A stretch of 63,664 nt of DNA, filler included, from Folioceros fuciformis (lineage: Eukaryota), in assembly GCA_049999805.1 (NCBI GenBank). It is 11 parts of 11 records of this genome, joined end to end, with 100 filler letters (N's around TTAATTAATTAA, not from the genome) between each part and the next. Parts side by side here need not be neighbours in the genome. Positions count along the whole stretch, not along the records: positions 21,451 to 29,920 come from JBNGIO010005254.1; positions 30,021 to 31,777 come from JBNGIO010005256.1; positions 31,878 to 36,283 come from JBNGIO010005258.1; positions 36,384 to 44,097 come from JBNGIO010005259.1; 7 more parts are not named here. The stretch is one strand, 5' to 3'. Numbering within the stretch: the first letter of the stretch is position 1; the number at the start of each line of letters is the position of its first letter. The notes under the pieces were generated by a model. The model ran no database searches and was not told the origin of the DNA. It worked only from the letters and a program-made list of their open reading frames with translations. The position numbers and the translations under genes were made by a program. Of the stretch, positions 23,495-36,764 are shown one piece after another.

Positions 23495-23700
23495 CCAGCA
23501 GTCTCTTGTGCATGCAGACTCCGACAGACACATCCTTGGTGCCTGCCAGCTGTCTCTTGTGTATGCAGACTCTGACAGACACGTCCTTGGTGCCTGCCAG
23601 CTGTCTCTTGTGTATGCAGACTTTGACAGACACGTCCTTGGTGCCTGCCAGCTGTCTCTTGTGTATACAGACTCTGAGAGACACGTCCTTGGTGCCTGCT
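23495..23700. repeat. 51-bp tandem repeat x4 (possibly within the 5' LTR)
   Basis: Unit CCAGCTGTCTCTTGTGTATGCAGACTCTGACAGACACGTCCTTGGTGCCTG. Confidence 0.9.
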
Positions 23701-24073
23701 AACCTCGTGATGGTTAGGTCGACAAATAGGTACTTAACGCTTCAAATCTCGTATCGTTTACACTTAACTAACTATGCTACTCTATAGTGCTGCTCACGGG
23801 ACGTGGAATTCTGCCAAAGATAGAACCATGGCCGGACTCATTCCCCGCCCCGACTTCGGAATTGGATGCAAGCAAACGGAGCTAGGATTGCGCGTGCATG
23901 AGTGGGAAGAGTCTGCACATAGAGGAGAGGAGAGGTGAGGAAGGAGCTTTTGCCAAGGCCGGGCCGTGGCTCCCGCTGAATCCCTGGCGCTTCCGGAGCG
24001 GCGACAGCGGATACATGCGAAATCAGGCTCCACAGCGGGCCGGTAGTGCGATCGGGCCATACCAGGAGTTTGG

Positions 24074-24634
24074 ATGGCCCGCAGGCCAAGAAAGTGGCCA
24101 CTTATCCAACGGGATGATTCCAGTGACGAGGAGGAGGCTGCGCCTGCTTCTCCAGCGCTCTCGCAACCGGAGGCTTGGTATGTACCGCATCCGTCTCCGC
24201 CGGCTGTGAAGGATGAGGAGCGGGAAAAACCTGTGCGAGTCTACGCCGACGGCATTTACGATCTCTTCCAGTTCGGGCGCGCGCACTTTCTGGAGCAGGC
24301 GAAGAAGCTGTTTTCGAAGACCTATGTGTTGGTGGGATGTTGTGGTGACGCCCTTCCTTATGCTGACACTAGCGGCACTGGCACCGGCAAGTCCATAATT
24401 GCGAGCAAAAAAGACTGGACACCGAATTCGCCACGCGAATTTGTGGTTATCCGAGATGCGCTGCTAGTGGGGCTGATGAACATTGTAGGGTGCTGGTTTG
24501 GAGCCATGCCAGTCTGCAGCGGTCTGTCAGTTGTGATTCTGGGAACAGCCAAGCTGGTGATTGTTCTGGTTCTGTGGAGCTCCCTGGCAATGTTCCCAAT
24601 CGCTCTACTCGGGGACCGGAGGCGGGAGCTCTGA
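24074..24634 (+). pseudogene. Chimeric ORF: choline-phosphate cytidylyltransferase N-terminal fragment fused to a molybdate transporter (MOT1/MOT2 family) fragment
   Basis: [38 protein letters not shown] is CCT-like, with HxGH changed to [42 protein letters not shown] is MOT-like, with the HGAGGLAGQYxFG segment deleted. Confidence 0.8.
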
Positions 24635-25455
24635 GCGGACGCCAAGATGATGACCACCCGTGATTCCCCCCCCCCCCCAACCTGAAAATGACGACAACGA
24701 GCTCTGTCATGCGTGTTATGGCGGGGCCGCACAACCGGGAGGAGTTCGTCATGCTGCAGGAGATTCTACAGGCGCGGCAGGACGTGACGAGGGACACGCT
24801 CACACGAGCGCACCGCGTGCAGCTCGAGATCCTGGTGGCTACCATTAGGAGCATCCATCGGTACGGGCGCAACCACAAGCACAGGCAGAGGCTGGCGCTA
24901 GACTTGGCACTCCGGGTGCAGATGCAAAAGCGGATTGCCCAGACTCCCTTCGCTCCGAGCGGTAACTGACGGGATGGAGCCAACCGGGTCTGCTGCTCCT
25001 GTACCTCCCGCTGCTGGACGAGCCTGCGCCGTAGACCCGCTGGTGCTATGCGAAGCAAAGGACGGGCAGGGGGATCTGCGACGATCATCGGAATCCGGGA
25101 AAGGTAAAATCAAGGAAATTGAAAGCGCTCATGAATCATATCAAGCAGTGTATGACAAAGGAGCTGGCTATCGAGCGTGTCTGGCTCGGCTACACGCAGC
25201 TTTACTGCGTTATCCTGGGCCAGGAAGACACAGCCGGGGAAATTCGGAACGAGGGAATTCCTCGGAACTTCCATCAGTGATGACAGCGCTGGTGGTGGCT
25301 CCGGCTCACTGTGGCAGGGCGAGCCATCAACGTAGCATCTTGGAAGATCTGGTGGCAAGATTTTCCGAGAGCAACCCCAGATCCCTCAGCCAACATGAGA
25401 GTGGAGAAGCGGCCTTCCTGCTCAAGACGCCATTCCTCATTAAAAGCCCGGTGCA

Positions 25456-25509
25456 CGCCGGGACTCTAAAATTAGTGTGCTACGCCGGGACTCTAAAATT
25501 AGTGTGCTA
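25456..25509. repeat. 27-bp direct tandem duplication
   Basis: ACGCCGGGACTCTAAAATTAGTGTGCT x2. Confidence 0.9.
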
Positions 25510-26005
25510 GGTGTGGTGTGTATTGTAGATGGCAATCGACATCTTGCACGGTGTTGTAGGCGTCAATAGGTAGATGTAAAGGTAAGCTGGAAGGACGCCG
25601 AGTGCCGTAGGTAGCGGTGGCCTTCTCCATAAAACGTCCCTTCGCTTTAGTTAGATATAGCTACTTCTCCCGGCTCTTTGCCACATAGAGTCCTCACGCT
25701 CAAAGGGATTGGAGGACCCCCGTTGGCTGGCATGTGTGCCACCATCTCGCAGGAGGTGGTGAGGAGGGAGCTCTGGTGGAGTTTTCCAGAAGTTGGCTAG
25801 TGCCCTACAAGTTCTCATGCCTCTCTAAGCCGAAGGGGTTAAGCCTAAGGAAGGAGTCCCTGGAGGTACATGCTAACCAACATTGGTGGCCTCAACATCG
25901 CTTGCTGGTGAAAAGAACTAGTTCATTGGTCATTCATGACAATGTAGGAACTAGGATGGAGACACATCTCTCTTCAGCGTCAAGTGGTTTCTAGCCACCT
26001 ACTTC

Positions 26006-26103
26006 AATAAATGTGTGTATTGAGAGTGACTTATAGTTGGTATTTTGAGTTAAGAATAAATGTGTGTATTGAGAGTGACTTATAGTTAGTATTTTGAGTT
26101 AAG
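26006..26103. repeat. ~50-bp tandem duplication followed by a degenerate LTR end/PBS (TTCTAGCA|TGGTATC, ~26131-26145)
   Basis: AATAAATGTGTGTATTGAGAGTGACTTATAGTT..TATTTTGAGTTAAG x2. The junction is the same as at 35454-35468. Confidence 0.6.
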
Positions 26104-29100
26104 TGGTAGAGTAGGTAAGTAGATAGCCGCTTCTAGCATGGTATCGTACTCATGGGGACGGACTCCGGGAATGCTACTACAACGGCCACAGGTGATATAG
26201 CTGCAACCATGGGACTGACAACCCCACATGGTACATGGTACTCAAGTGGTCCTTTAGTTCTCCCTCTCTCTCTCCCCCGTCTCCTCCCATCCTCCTTCTT
26301 TGCTTCCACTTCCGCTATGTCTCCTCTCCTTCCCTCTCCCCTTCTCCTTTAGTCTCCACCCTAAGTACCAGGTGTACAAAACCCTGGCTCTACAAGTGGA
26401 CATTTTGAAGGGTAGGACCATTACGTTCTGCTGGAAACCCTTGAGCGGTGGCAGCAAACCCTTTAGTTACAATTGAGAATGATTGGCATTTGGCTAGCAC
26501 TGAGAACTCATAGGGAAACGTGTTAAAGCAACAAAGGAGGTGGCCATAATCACGACAGGGCAGTAACAAAGGTGGTCTTGAACTCTAGGCCAATGAAGCA
26601 AAGAGAGCCACAACCCAATGGTGGCACTAATCCAGAAGAGGGGATAACAACAATGAAGAGGTCCACAAAATATAGTATTTCATTGTGAACTAAGGTAACA
26701 TAAAATATAATCTTTTGAACCCTTTTCACATTTAATATAATATTTTGAATGCAAGATAGAGATTAAATATTTACTTGAATCGAAGGTAGGATATATATAT
26801 ATATAGTTGAATTGAAGATAGAAATATAAAATATAATTGATTGTTACGATTTTTGTAACACTTTTTGTCATGCATCATGTAATAGTGCTTATACATGCTA
26901 TAGAGACTCTGGGAATAAGAAACTTACAGGATGCAGAAGAAGAGATTTCTATTTCATCGTTCGCTAGAGACCCGAAAATTTTGGGTGAAAGATGTTTGCA
27001 CCGATGGGAATATTGACTAGAAGATGTAAGTCTTTAGCCTACTTAGGAAAAAGGGCAATAAATGCTCACAGAATGTTGAAAGGGTTGAGGAACATCTTCT
27101 TGCTATAACAGTTTGGGACGAAAAAGGCACTCCCACCCCAAACTATGGAGGCACAAAATATTATGTCCTCGAGGTAGAGGGTGATGATTTTGCTGGCATT
27201 GTGGAGCAACAACTTAGGTCCCTAATCATAGTACATGACTAAGAGTCTGACTAGGAAGAATTGTCTTAAGATTTTGTGGAATGATATTTTGTGTCCAGGG
27301 ACACAAGCAGGTCCACATTCACCCTCTATGTCATTCTAGTCCTAGAATTTGTTACCAAGGGCATGGTTTTTGTCAAGATGTTTTAAATCTATGGGTTCTA
27401 GTCTTTCTATAATCAATTCTTAACAAACGTAATTAACTTCCAGACATGAGTCTTCCACCATGGTAGATTCAGCTACCTCAGTAGTAGCTTCGACCACCTC
27501 GGTAGTGGATTTAGCCATTGTGGTGGGTCCCATCCGCAATCTGAGAATACTAGTAGCTTCTCTTGTTTCTGCTGAGTCGAGAACCAAGTGATGAGCCAAG
27601 CCACCTGATTGAGGAGATCCGACTAGGTCTGACCCACTGTGGAAGTTAGACTCTGCAAGTCGATAATTTGGGCTGCTCTAGTGCCCATCTTCTTCCATAG
27701 CAAGTCTTCTACTCGAGCTATGATCCCTACTTCTACTCCAGCTGGACAAGCCACGGAAGTATCCCCAAAAATGTCCTTCCACTCCAGCAAGGATTTTGCC
27801 GCCAGAGCTAACTCTTCTAGCCTAGTGCTTGGTCTGCAACTAGCTCATTAACCAGTCGCACCTCATCCTCTAGCACGGCAGGGGTGTCAGTATGTTTTTT
27901 TTCCTTTTTCCTGATTCCCTTGCAGTTCCGCTGCCGCTCTCAATTTGGTGATCCGAGTCATGATCGCGGGCTCCTATACCCCTACGGTTTTCCTACCCTT
28001 CTCAGCCACACCCCATCCTGTTGCCTATGTCTTCCCCTTCCTACCCTTTGTGACCACCACTCCATCATTTGAATCCTTTGGTGCTACAAGTTCCCAACAG
28101 GTGGAGTCCTCTCCTGAGTCTTCCTTGGGTCCTTCTTCTTCAACCTTGACCTCCTTGACCGGATTCTAACTATGAAAAGCATATACAATCTCCAACTCCA
28201 TTAGACACTTGGAGTGCGCAAAAATATGAATCATGAAGGGTGAAATCAGAGATGGGTGAGGAGAGGAGGTGAGCAAGTTTGCCCTCTCCTCACATGCTCG
28301 TTCAAAAATTATCTTGTCCCAATCCAACTACATGCCTCTGACTACCTCATGGAGGAAGACCAAGAAATGGTCCACCATATGATCCAGCTTCTTATTTTGC
28401 AAGAAACACAAAATCCACTTGGCCAGGCCCATCAGCTGAGCCGACGCCAGTTGACAAACAACCCATTCGTTGTTAGCCCGCACCTTCCCAAGCTTCATAA
28501 TTGCTACCGCTGCAACCTTCAGGGTCTTCTTCCTCTAGAGGTCGATCACCATGCCTCCATCCTCAGTTTCCTTTCGCCCATACATGGTCCCAAAGAATTC
28601 CAAGCTCCAATCCTGTGGTCTCTACCTCAAATATCCTTCCTGCAACTTGGCCTTTAGGTGCTGGGCACACTCCTGCACCAGTATTAGGCTATCATAGCAC
28701 TACTTCTTCTCCATAAACTCCAAACCCAACTTCTGCACACGACCGCCAGCTCTAGTCTTCCTGTGGTCCATGTTGGGCCATTGTGCAGTAGGAATTATTG
28801 CTGTGGCTAGGGCGCCATCTTTACTCCTCACTTCCAAGCTAGTTCCCAACGGCCCCCTTGTCCTGTCCATGGATGGTTTACCCCTGCTCACCGTCACCAC
28901 TCTTCAGCCATAGGCTTCCTGCCGGGAGTGCACAGCCTTGTCATTTGATTTCCCATGCTTTGCCTCGACGAACACTAGAGCACTTCCCGCTCACCCACTG
29001 CACTCTGTCTTTGAGTCGCTCTTAGGAGCGTGCTTCCGTTGGCATCTTCCATGAGTGCAAACTTTTGTGTTGTGAGCTTCCTTCCTTCGCACAGCGGTGC

Positions 29101-29408
29101 ATGCCACTCCTCTACCTGCCACTGTGGTCACACCCAGTTGCCGAAGCTCCACTTGCCTTGGAAGTCACACGAGATTGCAGTGTTGGATGGGGTTCTTTCT
29201 CCAGTTGCGCTCCACGTTTGTGAGTGCTCCTCTGTTTACTGACTATCTAGTGTTTGCAACTAGGATTGCTATTTCCACCTGGGTTGTGCCTGTATGTTCC
29301 ATCTTCAGCCACAGTCGTGGAATGGACCACCTCCCACTACTCTGCACAATTATTGCTAAAGGAAGGACACCCCCTCCTTATATAGACAATTTTTATTTCT
29401 AAGAACCC

Positions 29409-29582
29409 CAAGGTCCAAGGACCTTCTAACCTGGACTGGCATTCATAGTTCAAGGTCCAAGGACCTTCTAGCCTGGCCTGACATTCACAATTCAAGGTCC
29501 CTTACCTTCTAGCCGGGCCTAACATTCACAGTTCAAGGTCCTTACCTTCTAGCCTAGCCTGACATTCACTGTTCAAGGTCTA
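29409..29582. repeat. ~40-44-bp tandem repeat (~4 copies)
   Basis: Variants of CAAGGTCC..ACCTTCTAGCCTGGCCTGACATTCACAGTT. Confidence 0.85.
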
Positions 29583-30020
29583 AGGACTAGTTATTTGTAA
29601 AAGAAAAAAACTAAATCCAAGGAGTGGTACTACCATAGGCCAAGGACAACTTCTAGTATACAAGGCCTTGCCATAAGCAGTTCTTGAACACTCCATCACG
29701 CAAAACGTAAGAAAACAAAAAAAAAAATTCAAACCAACAGTCTAGGGGAGGGTTATTACACATGTGGTCTTCCATAGATTTCAAGAGCTTTTGGTTTTGA
29801 GATGCCTGAATGTTTAGACCTAGGTGCGCCGGCATATTAGCGCATTGTTCTTTGGATCTACAACTTTAAGCTGTTAGAGCTTCTCCATGGCTTAAGTTAT
29901 GCAAGCTTACTTGCGTGTACNNNNNNNNNNNNNNNNNNNNNNNNNNNNNNNNNNNNNNNNNNNNTTAATTAATTAANNNNNNNNNNNNNNNNNNNNNNNN
30001 NNNNNNNNNNNNNNNNNNNN

Positions 30021-31777
30021 GCCCTAATCTAACCCTAACTATCAACCGATCCCTAGACCTAACCGCACTATAGCAAAATGATTAGAACCTCGTCTCCAAT
30101 ACCAACTACCACCTCAGCTGAACGAGGGCTCAACATCATCTTCAGCCCCCACTCCAGCACAACGGCTCTCTACTCCAGCACTCCAACACTTCAGTCCTTC
30201 ACCACCACGTCTCACTCCTGGATTTCAAACACAACAGCCCTTCACTTGCAGCGCTTGAGGTAGGGATGTGCAGACCCAGGCTGGATGGCCCCCTTGGCCC
30301 ACAGCCCTGCAGTCCGTCGTTTTGGAAACCCCTTAGGGACGTCGAGGTATCCCAACCACCCAACCAGCATGCAAGGGAGATCAGCCCTTGCGGATCTCGC
30401 AAGGGCTGATCTCCTTCGCCTTCAGGCCCCTTCCTCCATTCTATTGGCCAAGACCCCTGACCCGGCAAAACTACCCCTGCACTGCACGTTGCCCAAAGCC
30501 ATAGTTGAAGACGCTCCTCTCCTATTGCACACGTCGCTGCCATGGCCCGAATTCTTCCTTGGGCACCAGTCCCCGATTCGCACTGCTCAATTCAACACCC
30601 CTCCACAGTGCCATCGGAGCCTGCCTTTGGACCTGGCCGTCCCCGAGCGCCTGTGCCTACCTGGATTCGCCTGCAACCACCCCTGCTAGCGGATCAACCC
30701 ANNNNNNNNNNAATTCGGCCCCGACCTGCCTGCTCTGCCAACTTGGGTCATTCCAGCTACCTACTTGGACTCCAGCAGCCGGACATGTCTGGATTTTGCT
30801 CTGCCCCACCTTCAGCTGCAGCCAGGTCGGCCCCAGCCTAATCCACTAGTCCTGCCTAGGCCTGACCATCCTGGATCCACGCGCAGCTGGTCCTGGCCAC
30901 TTGCTTGCAGCCGAGTTTCTGCGCTGCTGGGGCCCCTGCCCACCCTCAGCAGCCAGGCTGCTCGCCAGCCCCTGCAAGCCGCCTGCCTACCACCTGCTTC
31001 CAGATTTGGCAGCCTCGCCTGGTTGCCTAGCCGGGCTGGGCTGCCTACTCCTTACGAGCCCCTGCTGGACAGCCCAGATCTAGCCATCTGCAGCCGCTGC
31101 AGCCTCTGACTGGCCCAGCCTCGACCAGCCGACCAGCTCTATTAGCCGACAGCTGCTGGCCTGGCCATCCTCCGGGCTGCCTGCCGGCCGGCCTAGCCTC
31201 CCAGATCTAGCCAGGCAGCCCGCCCACAGGCTCACCTGCTGTCTGCTCGCAGCTGGGGCGGGCTGGGCCGCTGGCTAGACCCCTCAACCACCACCTCCAG
31301 CTAGTAAACCCCCCTTGCCAGATCTCAACCACCAGCCTGCCTGCAGCTAGATCATGCCGAGGCCTGCCTGGCCGTCAACCTCTATCTATTTGCCTGCTCT
31401 GCTGGGTCGCCTACCTGCGCCTGGCCGTTCTGCTGCTGTAGCCAGCCTGTCGGGCTATTGCTAGGCCCTCCAGCCGCAGCCGCCGATGGCCTTGGCAACC
31501 AGCCTCCACCGGACCGCCTGCCTCCACCTCCGACCAAACCAGCCGCCCAGCCAGGCTGCCTGCTCTCTGCTTAGCCGGGCTAGGTCCATTCCTACTACCT
31601 GCTGCCTGGCCGGCCTGCTAACCTCCAGATCCAGCCCCAGCTACCTGCAAGCCGGCGACTGCCTGGGTAAAACAACTGGCTAGGCCGCTACTTGGCTTCG
31701 GGATCCCCCAGCCAGCCTGCTGGTTTTGTCTGCGGTTAGGTCTAGGGATCGGTTGATAGTTAGGGTTAGATTAGGGC
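30021..31777. repeat. Contig bounded by perfect 47-bp terminal inverted repeats, with a GC-rich satellite-like interior
   Basis: 30021-30067 GCCCTAATCTAACCCTAACTATCAACCGATCCCTAGACCTAACCGCA is the exact reverse complement of 31731-31777. Confidence 0.85.
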
Positions 31778-32449
31778 NNNNNNNNNNNNNNNNNNNNNNN
31801 NNNNNNNNNNNNNNNNNNNNNTTAATTAATTAANNNNNNNNNNNNNNNNNNNNNNNNNNNNNNNNNNNNNNNNNNNNGCTTCATGGAATACAACCATTAG
31901 GCGCAAACCGTGTTTCATCACTTGTAGCATATGTAAGTGCAAAAAAAAGGGTGATCAATTTTTGTGTGTTGGACATACCAAAAGAAGGTGTACGGTCCAA
32001 CAATGGAGACAATGCAACCAGTGCACCCAAATTCAAGTGCCTTAGATTCATGCGCCTCCTCCTCCTCCTTTACATGTTTAAACAAACCGTAGCAATGCAG
32101 CGCAAGATGGGAGAAGTAGACATGGAGCAAAAAAATTTGAATCGAGAAAGAGTGTTTCTTTTTGTAGTAAAATTGATGATTTGCATGCTCACACCCAACA
32201 TCAATTTTAGGCTCCTGAGACTCAAGGATTTCTGGTTAAGTACTCCAATACTATATCATTGCCCAATGCTTTACTAGAGGACTTGGCTCTTGACTGAGAA
32301 AGCATGATATCTTACACGAGCGAGAGGGGAATCGCTACCTCCAGATTCAAAACTCTTACAAGATTGATTGTTGAAGGCCTCACAATAGGTAGTTGCTATT
32401 ACTAGGATACGAGTAGATTAGTGTTGAACCTTGCTATACATAAACAATG

Positions 32450-33560
32450 AAGGCACCTTGTAGATGTCTACATTCATTGTAGCTCCAGGCAAGAAAAATT
32501 TCTCTCACATAGACACACATCAACATTAAAGGACAGCTAGGCACAGGTGAGAAATAATACGAAACACAATTGCTAAGGGTATGTAAGGCTTGACATCGAT
32601 TTACACTATCACTAAGCAATCATGTGAGTGAAGCATGTTATATTACAAGACGAAAACGCACTTGAGTATGTTCGTGGGCAAGTTAGTTAGGGCACATTTC
32701 AGGTTTGAGCTCATACGTAGATTGAACTGATGCAATTCTCTATAGAGTCATGCCTTCTCGTACTGCATCATAAAACAAAACATCTTGTAACATTCAGACA
32801 CTTGATTTGTTTCTTCTCTCCTCGAATCTACATAATGTTTGACCTTACTATTGTCCTACTTTTAAGTTAAGCTCTTTCCCTTCTATTGCCAAGTTGTGGC
32901 TTGTAGAAAAAATGCTTGCTAACTCGCACTCTTCATACTTGTATAAGAGAATGTGCAAAGAAAGGGTAATAGATCTAAGGCTGCACACGCAAACACAAGT
33001 TAACTTCTAGATGCAAGCACTATGACGTCAAGATTATTGCAAGAATGTGGTTTATTAGTTTCATTCTTGCATAGCATACTTTGAAGATGAGAAGCAGTCA
33101 TGTAGTGGATTCAAGTTGCTCTTTAGTTTTACCGCTTCTACCATCCAAGCTCTTGCCTTCACAATGCCCTTTTTGGAAATGGTTACAGCACCTGCCATCC
33201 AAGAGATCACTATGGGCTCCACATTCCAAAAAAATTCAAGCAAGTTTGAGTTACTTTGTGTGCATGCAAACCACACTAGATATGAGTTGCCTCTAGCTTA
33301 CTTATACCTTTGCCCTCCAGACATGTAAACTCTTTTGAATGAAGATGAGGCAGTTTGAAACTATTCTTCAGCGTGAGGATGTCATTTGCTTGTTCTTTCA
33401 GTATCTTCTCCACAGAGGTGTGAGGCTTGGATTCATTTTCACGGATAAAGATGTTGGACAAGTGAAGGCAGCCCATTTAGTATGGTATGGAGTGTCAAAA
33501 ATACATTTGTGCATGTTTCACACCAAATAGGCCGTCTTGAGAAAGTTGTAATACCCAAGT
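32450..33560 (+). pseudogene. Mutator-like (MULE) transposase remnant
   Basis: TQTQVNF*..., IQEITMGSTFQKNSSKFELL..LPLAY (first catalytic D changed to G), and FFQYLLHRGVRLGFIFTDKDVGQVKAAHLVW...IHLCMFH (TDKD and CxxH motifs), with stops and frameshifts. The left boundary is approximate. Confidence 0.72.
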
Positions 33561-34869
33561 ACATTTTGAAACCACAATTCACCGAGAACTAAGGGTTTGT
33601 CAACTTAGTTTAGACTTTGCCCTCTAGAACATTTCGCACTATAGGTGAGCGAGCGTGGGATTGAAGTGTGTAGGTCTTCAAGAGTTGTCCTCCATGCTTT
33701 GCAATGATAGTGTCCAAGAATATGCCTACAAGGTTAGACCATGTAAAGAGGGTCATGTTCTCATCCTCCACAAATATAAGTTACCAAGTCTCCCTCATAT
33801 TTAGGGTTACCCCACCTCGAATGTCGACGCACTACAAGAGCTACAGGCATGGATGGAGATTAAAGGAAGAAGCTTTACTTGAGGATCCTCAGTTGCCACC
33901 TTATGATCCAAGCTTTGGCACGAGAATAGCTTGCAGAAAGTTTAGGTATTTTCAATAATACGATTGTGGCCAAAGTCCAGCAACTGGTAGAGGTTGATAT
34001 TCAAGTAAGTAGATGGTCCGACACATATAAAGATAGTCCTAGCAAAGTTGGGCAAGCTCAGACAAACGTTTGGTTGGGTGTCCAAGACTGCTCTAGGGGT
34101 TGATGAAGATGAAGGATTCAACCAAAGCAACAGCCTCATGATCAAGCTATGTCATTTCCTTTATTGATGACAATGAATATAGGGTCAAGGGCCTGAAGTG
34201 GCTAAAAGCCATAACACATAGCATAGACGAGGGTGTTGGGTTCTAGGGTTTGAAAAGTTAAGGCACTTTTGGTTGGGCAACTTAGTTGCAATAATTGATC
34301 CACTACCTATTGTAAATAATATGTCTCTTGCAAACAACATATGAAATAAATGAGATCTATTCCCGATTTTCAGGTTTCATGGAAAATCCAAACTTTTTTT
34401 GCTTGATTTAGTATCTTGCGTTTTTTAGAAAAATTTAGAGGTGTTCACTAATTATTACCTTGGGCTTATATGGAAGTAGTCAACTGTCATACCAAAGGTT
34501 TAGGGGTGCCACAATTCCAAATTGTGTGCATATCACTATGAAGTATGCTAAATGATGAGTAACCTTGTCAAGAACATTTGTTTCCAACATATTTATATTA
34601 CCTTAAAAAGCTATGGATTTATTCTTTTGTATTCCACTCAAATGGGTGAAGTGCATAAGTGTGCCTCATATGGAATGTGGTGATTCACTGCTTCCTCCAC
34701 CTCATTTCTCTCCATCTCTTCCTTCACCTTATGAGTTAGATTATGGAGGCATTCAAGATGTTGTAACNNNNNNNNNNNNNNNNNNNNNNNNNNNNNNNNN
34801 NNNNNNNNNNNNNNNNNNNNNNNNNNNNNNNNNNNNNNNNNNNNNNNNNNNNNNNNNNNNNNNNNNNGA

Positions 34870-35473
34870 GCAAGCCCATGCTCATAAGTGTATACCATGA
34901 CCCACCTAATATGTACTTGTGCGTGTCATGATCGCGTTGGCAAGCACATGTGCGCATGATGACCAATCTGGTATGCACTTGTGCATGTGATGATTGAGTT
35001 GGTGCGCACAGCAAGTGCGTGTGATGACTAAGCTGGTGTGCACTTGTGCGTGTGCATCCTAAAATGTTGTAGCAGCATTTTAGGGCACCTATGGCTTGAC
35101 CTTCCAGTATAAAAGCGAGTCTGATGGGCTTGGATTTTGTAATGCAAATAGAAGTAGCAAAGAAAGGATATATGTCTTTCTCAAGCTCATAACCATGGTT
35201 TAAAAAGTAGAGCAAGCCTAGGGTTGGATGAAAATCCTATATTGCTCGTCGTTCTCAACTCCTAGTATGTATTACAGGGCCCAAATGTAATTGCAACGTC
35301 AATGATAATGGAAAACTGTTAGTAATAAAGGGTTATTTTAATATAACCTACCTTAGGGTTAATTAACCGTAGTTATGAAAGGACACTTTGTATTTATTGT
35401 ACTTTTTTTGATGTGAGTTTAATTAATTTTGTTATTGTGCACTATCTCTTTTCTTCTAGCATGGTATCAGAGC
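34870..35473 (+). mobile_element. 5' LTR end plus tRNA-iMet PBS of an LTR retrotransposon
   Basis: TATAAAAG at ~35108; ...TTCTAGCA ends at 35461 and is immediately followed by TGGTATCAGAGC (35462-35473). The left boundary is unknown because of a gap. Confidence 0.7.
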
Positions 35474-36764
35474 ACCGTGCATTTTTTTTTATCTTGTAGT
35501 CCTATGCCTGATTGTAGATTGTCTTTGTCTCTCTATAGTCTAGCATAGTGTGCTACTTGTAGTGCTAAAATGCAATCATGCTAGTGTAATTATCCAGGAT
35601 GACGCAGAGGAGAGGAGAACAATGTTCTCATGGCTTTAGAAAGTTTAATTATCCCTTCCAAGGTCAAAGAACAGTGAGAAGGCAGCAATCTCCTCGTCTG
35701 TTGCCTTTATTTTGCTGTACAGAGCTTCAATTTCTCTATGCTGGATGGGGCAAACGTACAACTCCTCGTGTAGATCCTACACACCAATTTAATCATAGAA
35801 TTGTTGCAGATAGTGGTGCTGGAAATTTTCGCAGGCATCTTCTACAACGCATTTTCAATAGGCTTGTTTGTCTTGATAAAGTACTTGAGAGAATTGAGGC
35901 TTTGGTGGATCGTTTGGACTTGTTACTATTAATTCTGCAAGATATTTCTGCTAGGGTTAATAGATTGAATGAATTTTCAAATCCACTTACACAATTTGCT
36001 TCTAATCAATCTATTTTTTGCTGATTTACAAGCAAATTTGAAGCCTACTCTTGGGAGTTTGGGCACTCAATCCAATTGATACTTGCATATAGCAAAGGTC
36101 ACAGTCTTTGTTGAAAGGTTGTGATGAAAGGGTGCCTGCAGCAAGCACCAGCAACTATCAAGTCTAGTTCTTTTTTGATTGGTTAGCAATTAGGGCTTCT
36201 GGCCTTTAATTTAATTTAATTTTTAAATTAGGGTAATTTTTCAATTGGAATGGGTTTCTTGCTTACCTCACATGCCTTTTCATNNNNNNNNNNNNNNNNN
36301 NNNNNNNNNNNNNNNNNNNNNNNNNNNTTAATTAATTAANNNNNNNNNNNNNNNNNNNNNNNNNNNNNNNNNNNNNNNNNNNNTTCTTCCATGGCCAAGG
36401 AACCATTTCGGCTGGAAGCTGATTCCGCTGAATAAGGTACCGTTTTCAAGCCAGGTTCTAGCTGCTGATCCCACTCCTTCCCACCTCTTCTCTATCTTTC
36501 CAATTGCTCATGCTCCTCCCCTGGAGGCTGGCTCAGCCACCAAGGGTGAACAGCTGTAGGGGAAGACTTAGCGAGCAGCCATCCAACAAGGAAGAGGCGG
36601 CGTCCGCAGATCTTTGAAGATCAGACATCCTCCNNNNNNNNNNNNNNNNNNNNNNNNNNNNNNNNNNNNNNNNNNNNNNNNNNNNNNNNNNNNNNNNNNN
36701 NNNNNNNNNNNNNNNNNNNNNNNNNNNNNNNNNCTCAGGATAGTCTAAGAGGTTGTAGATCCTT

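Noticed and set aside
23495-23700. CRISPR-like array (also 5366-5510, 29409-29582, 60430-60720)
   Set aside because: Head-to-tail units with no unique spacers, eukaryotic context and no cas genes.
26200-29400. Specific TE or gene call for this region
   Set aside because: Probably decayed retroelement sequence, but no diagnostic domain is legible.
36384-36415. ~31-bp inverted match to 52848-52878 as TIRs of one element
   Set aside because: The two ends are on different contigs; probably just a common repeat at contig breaks.
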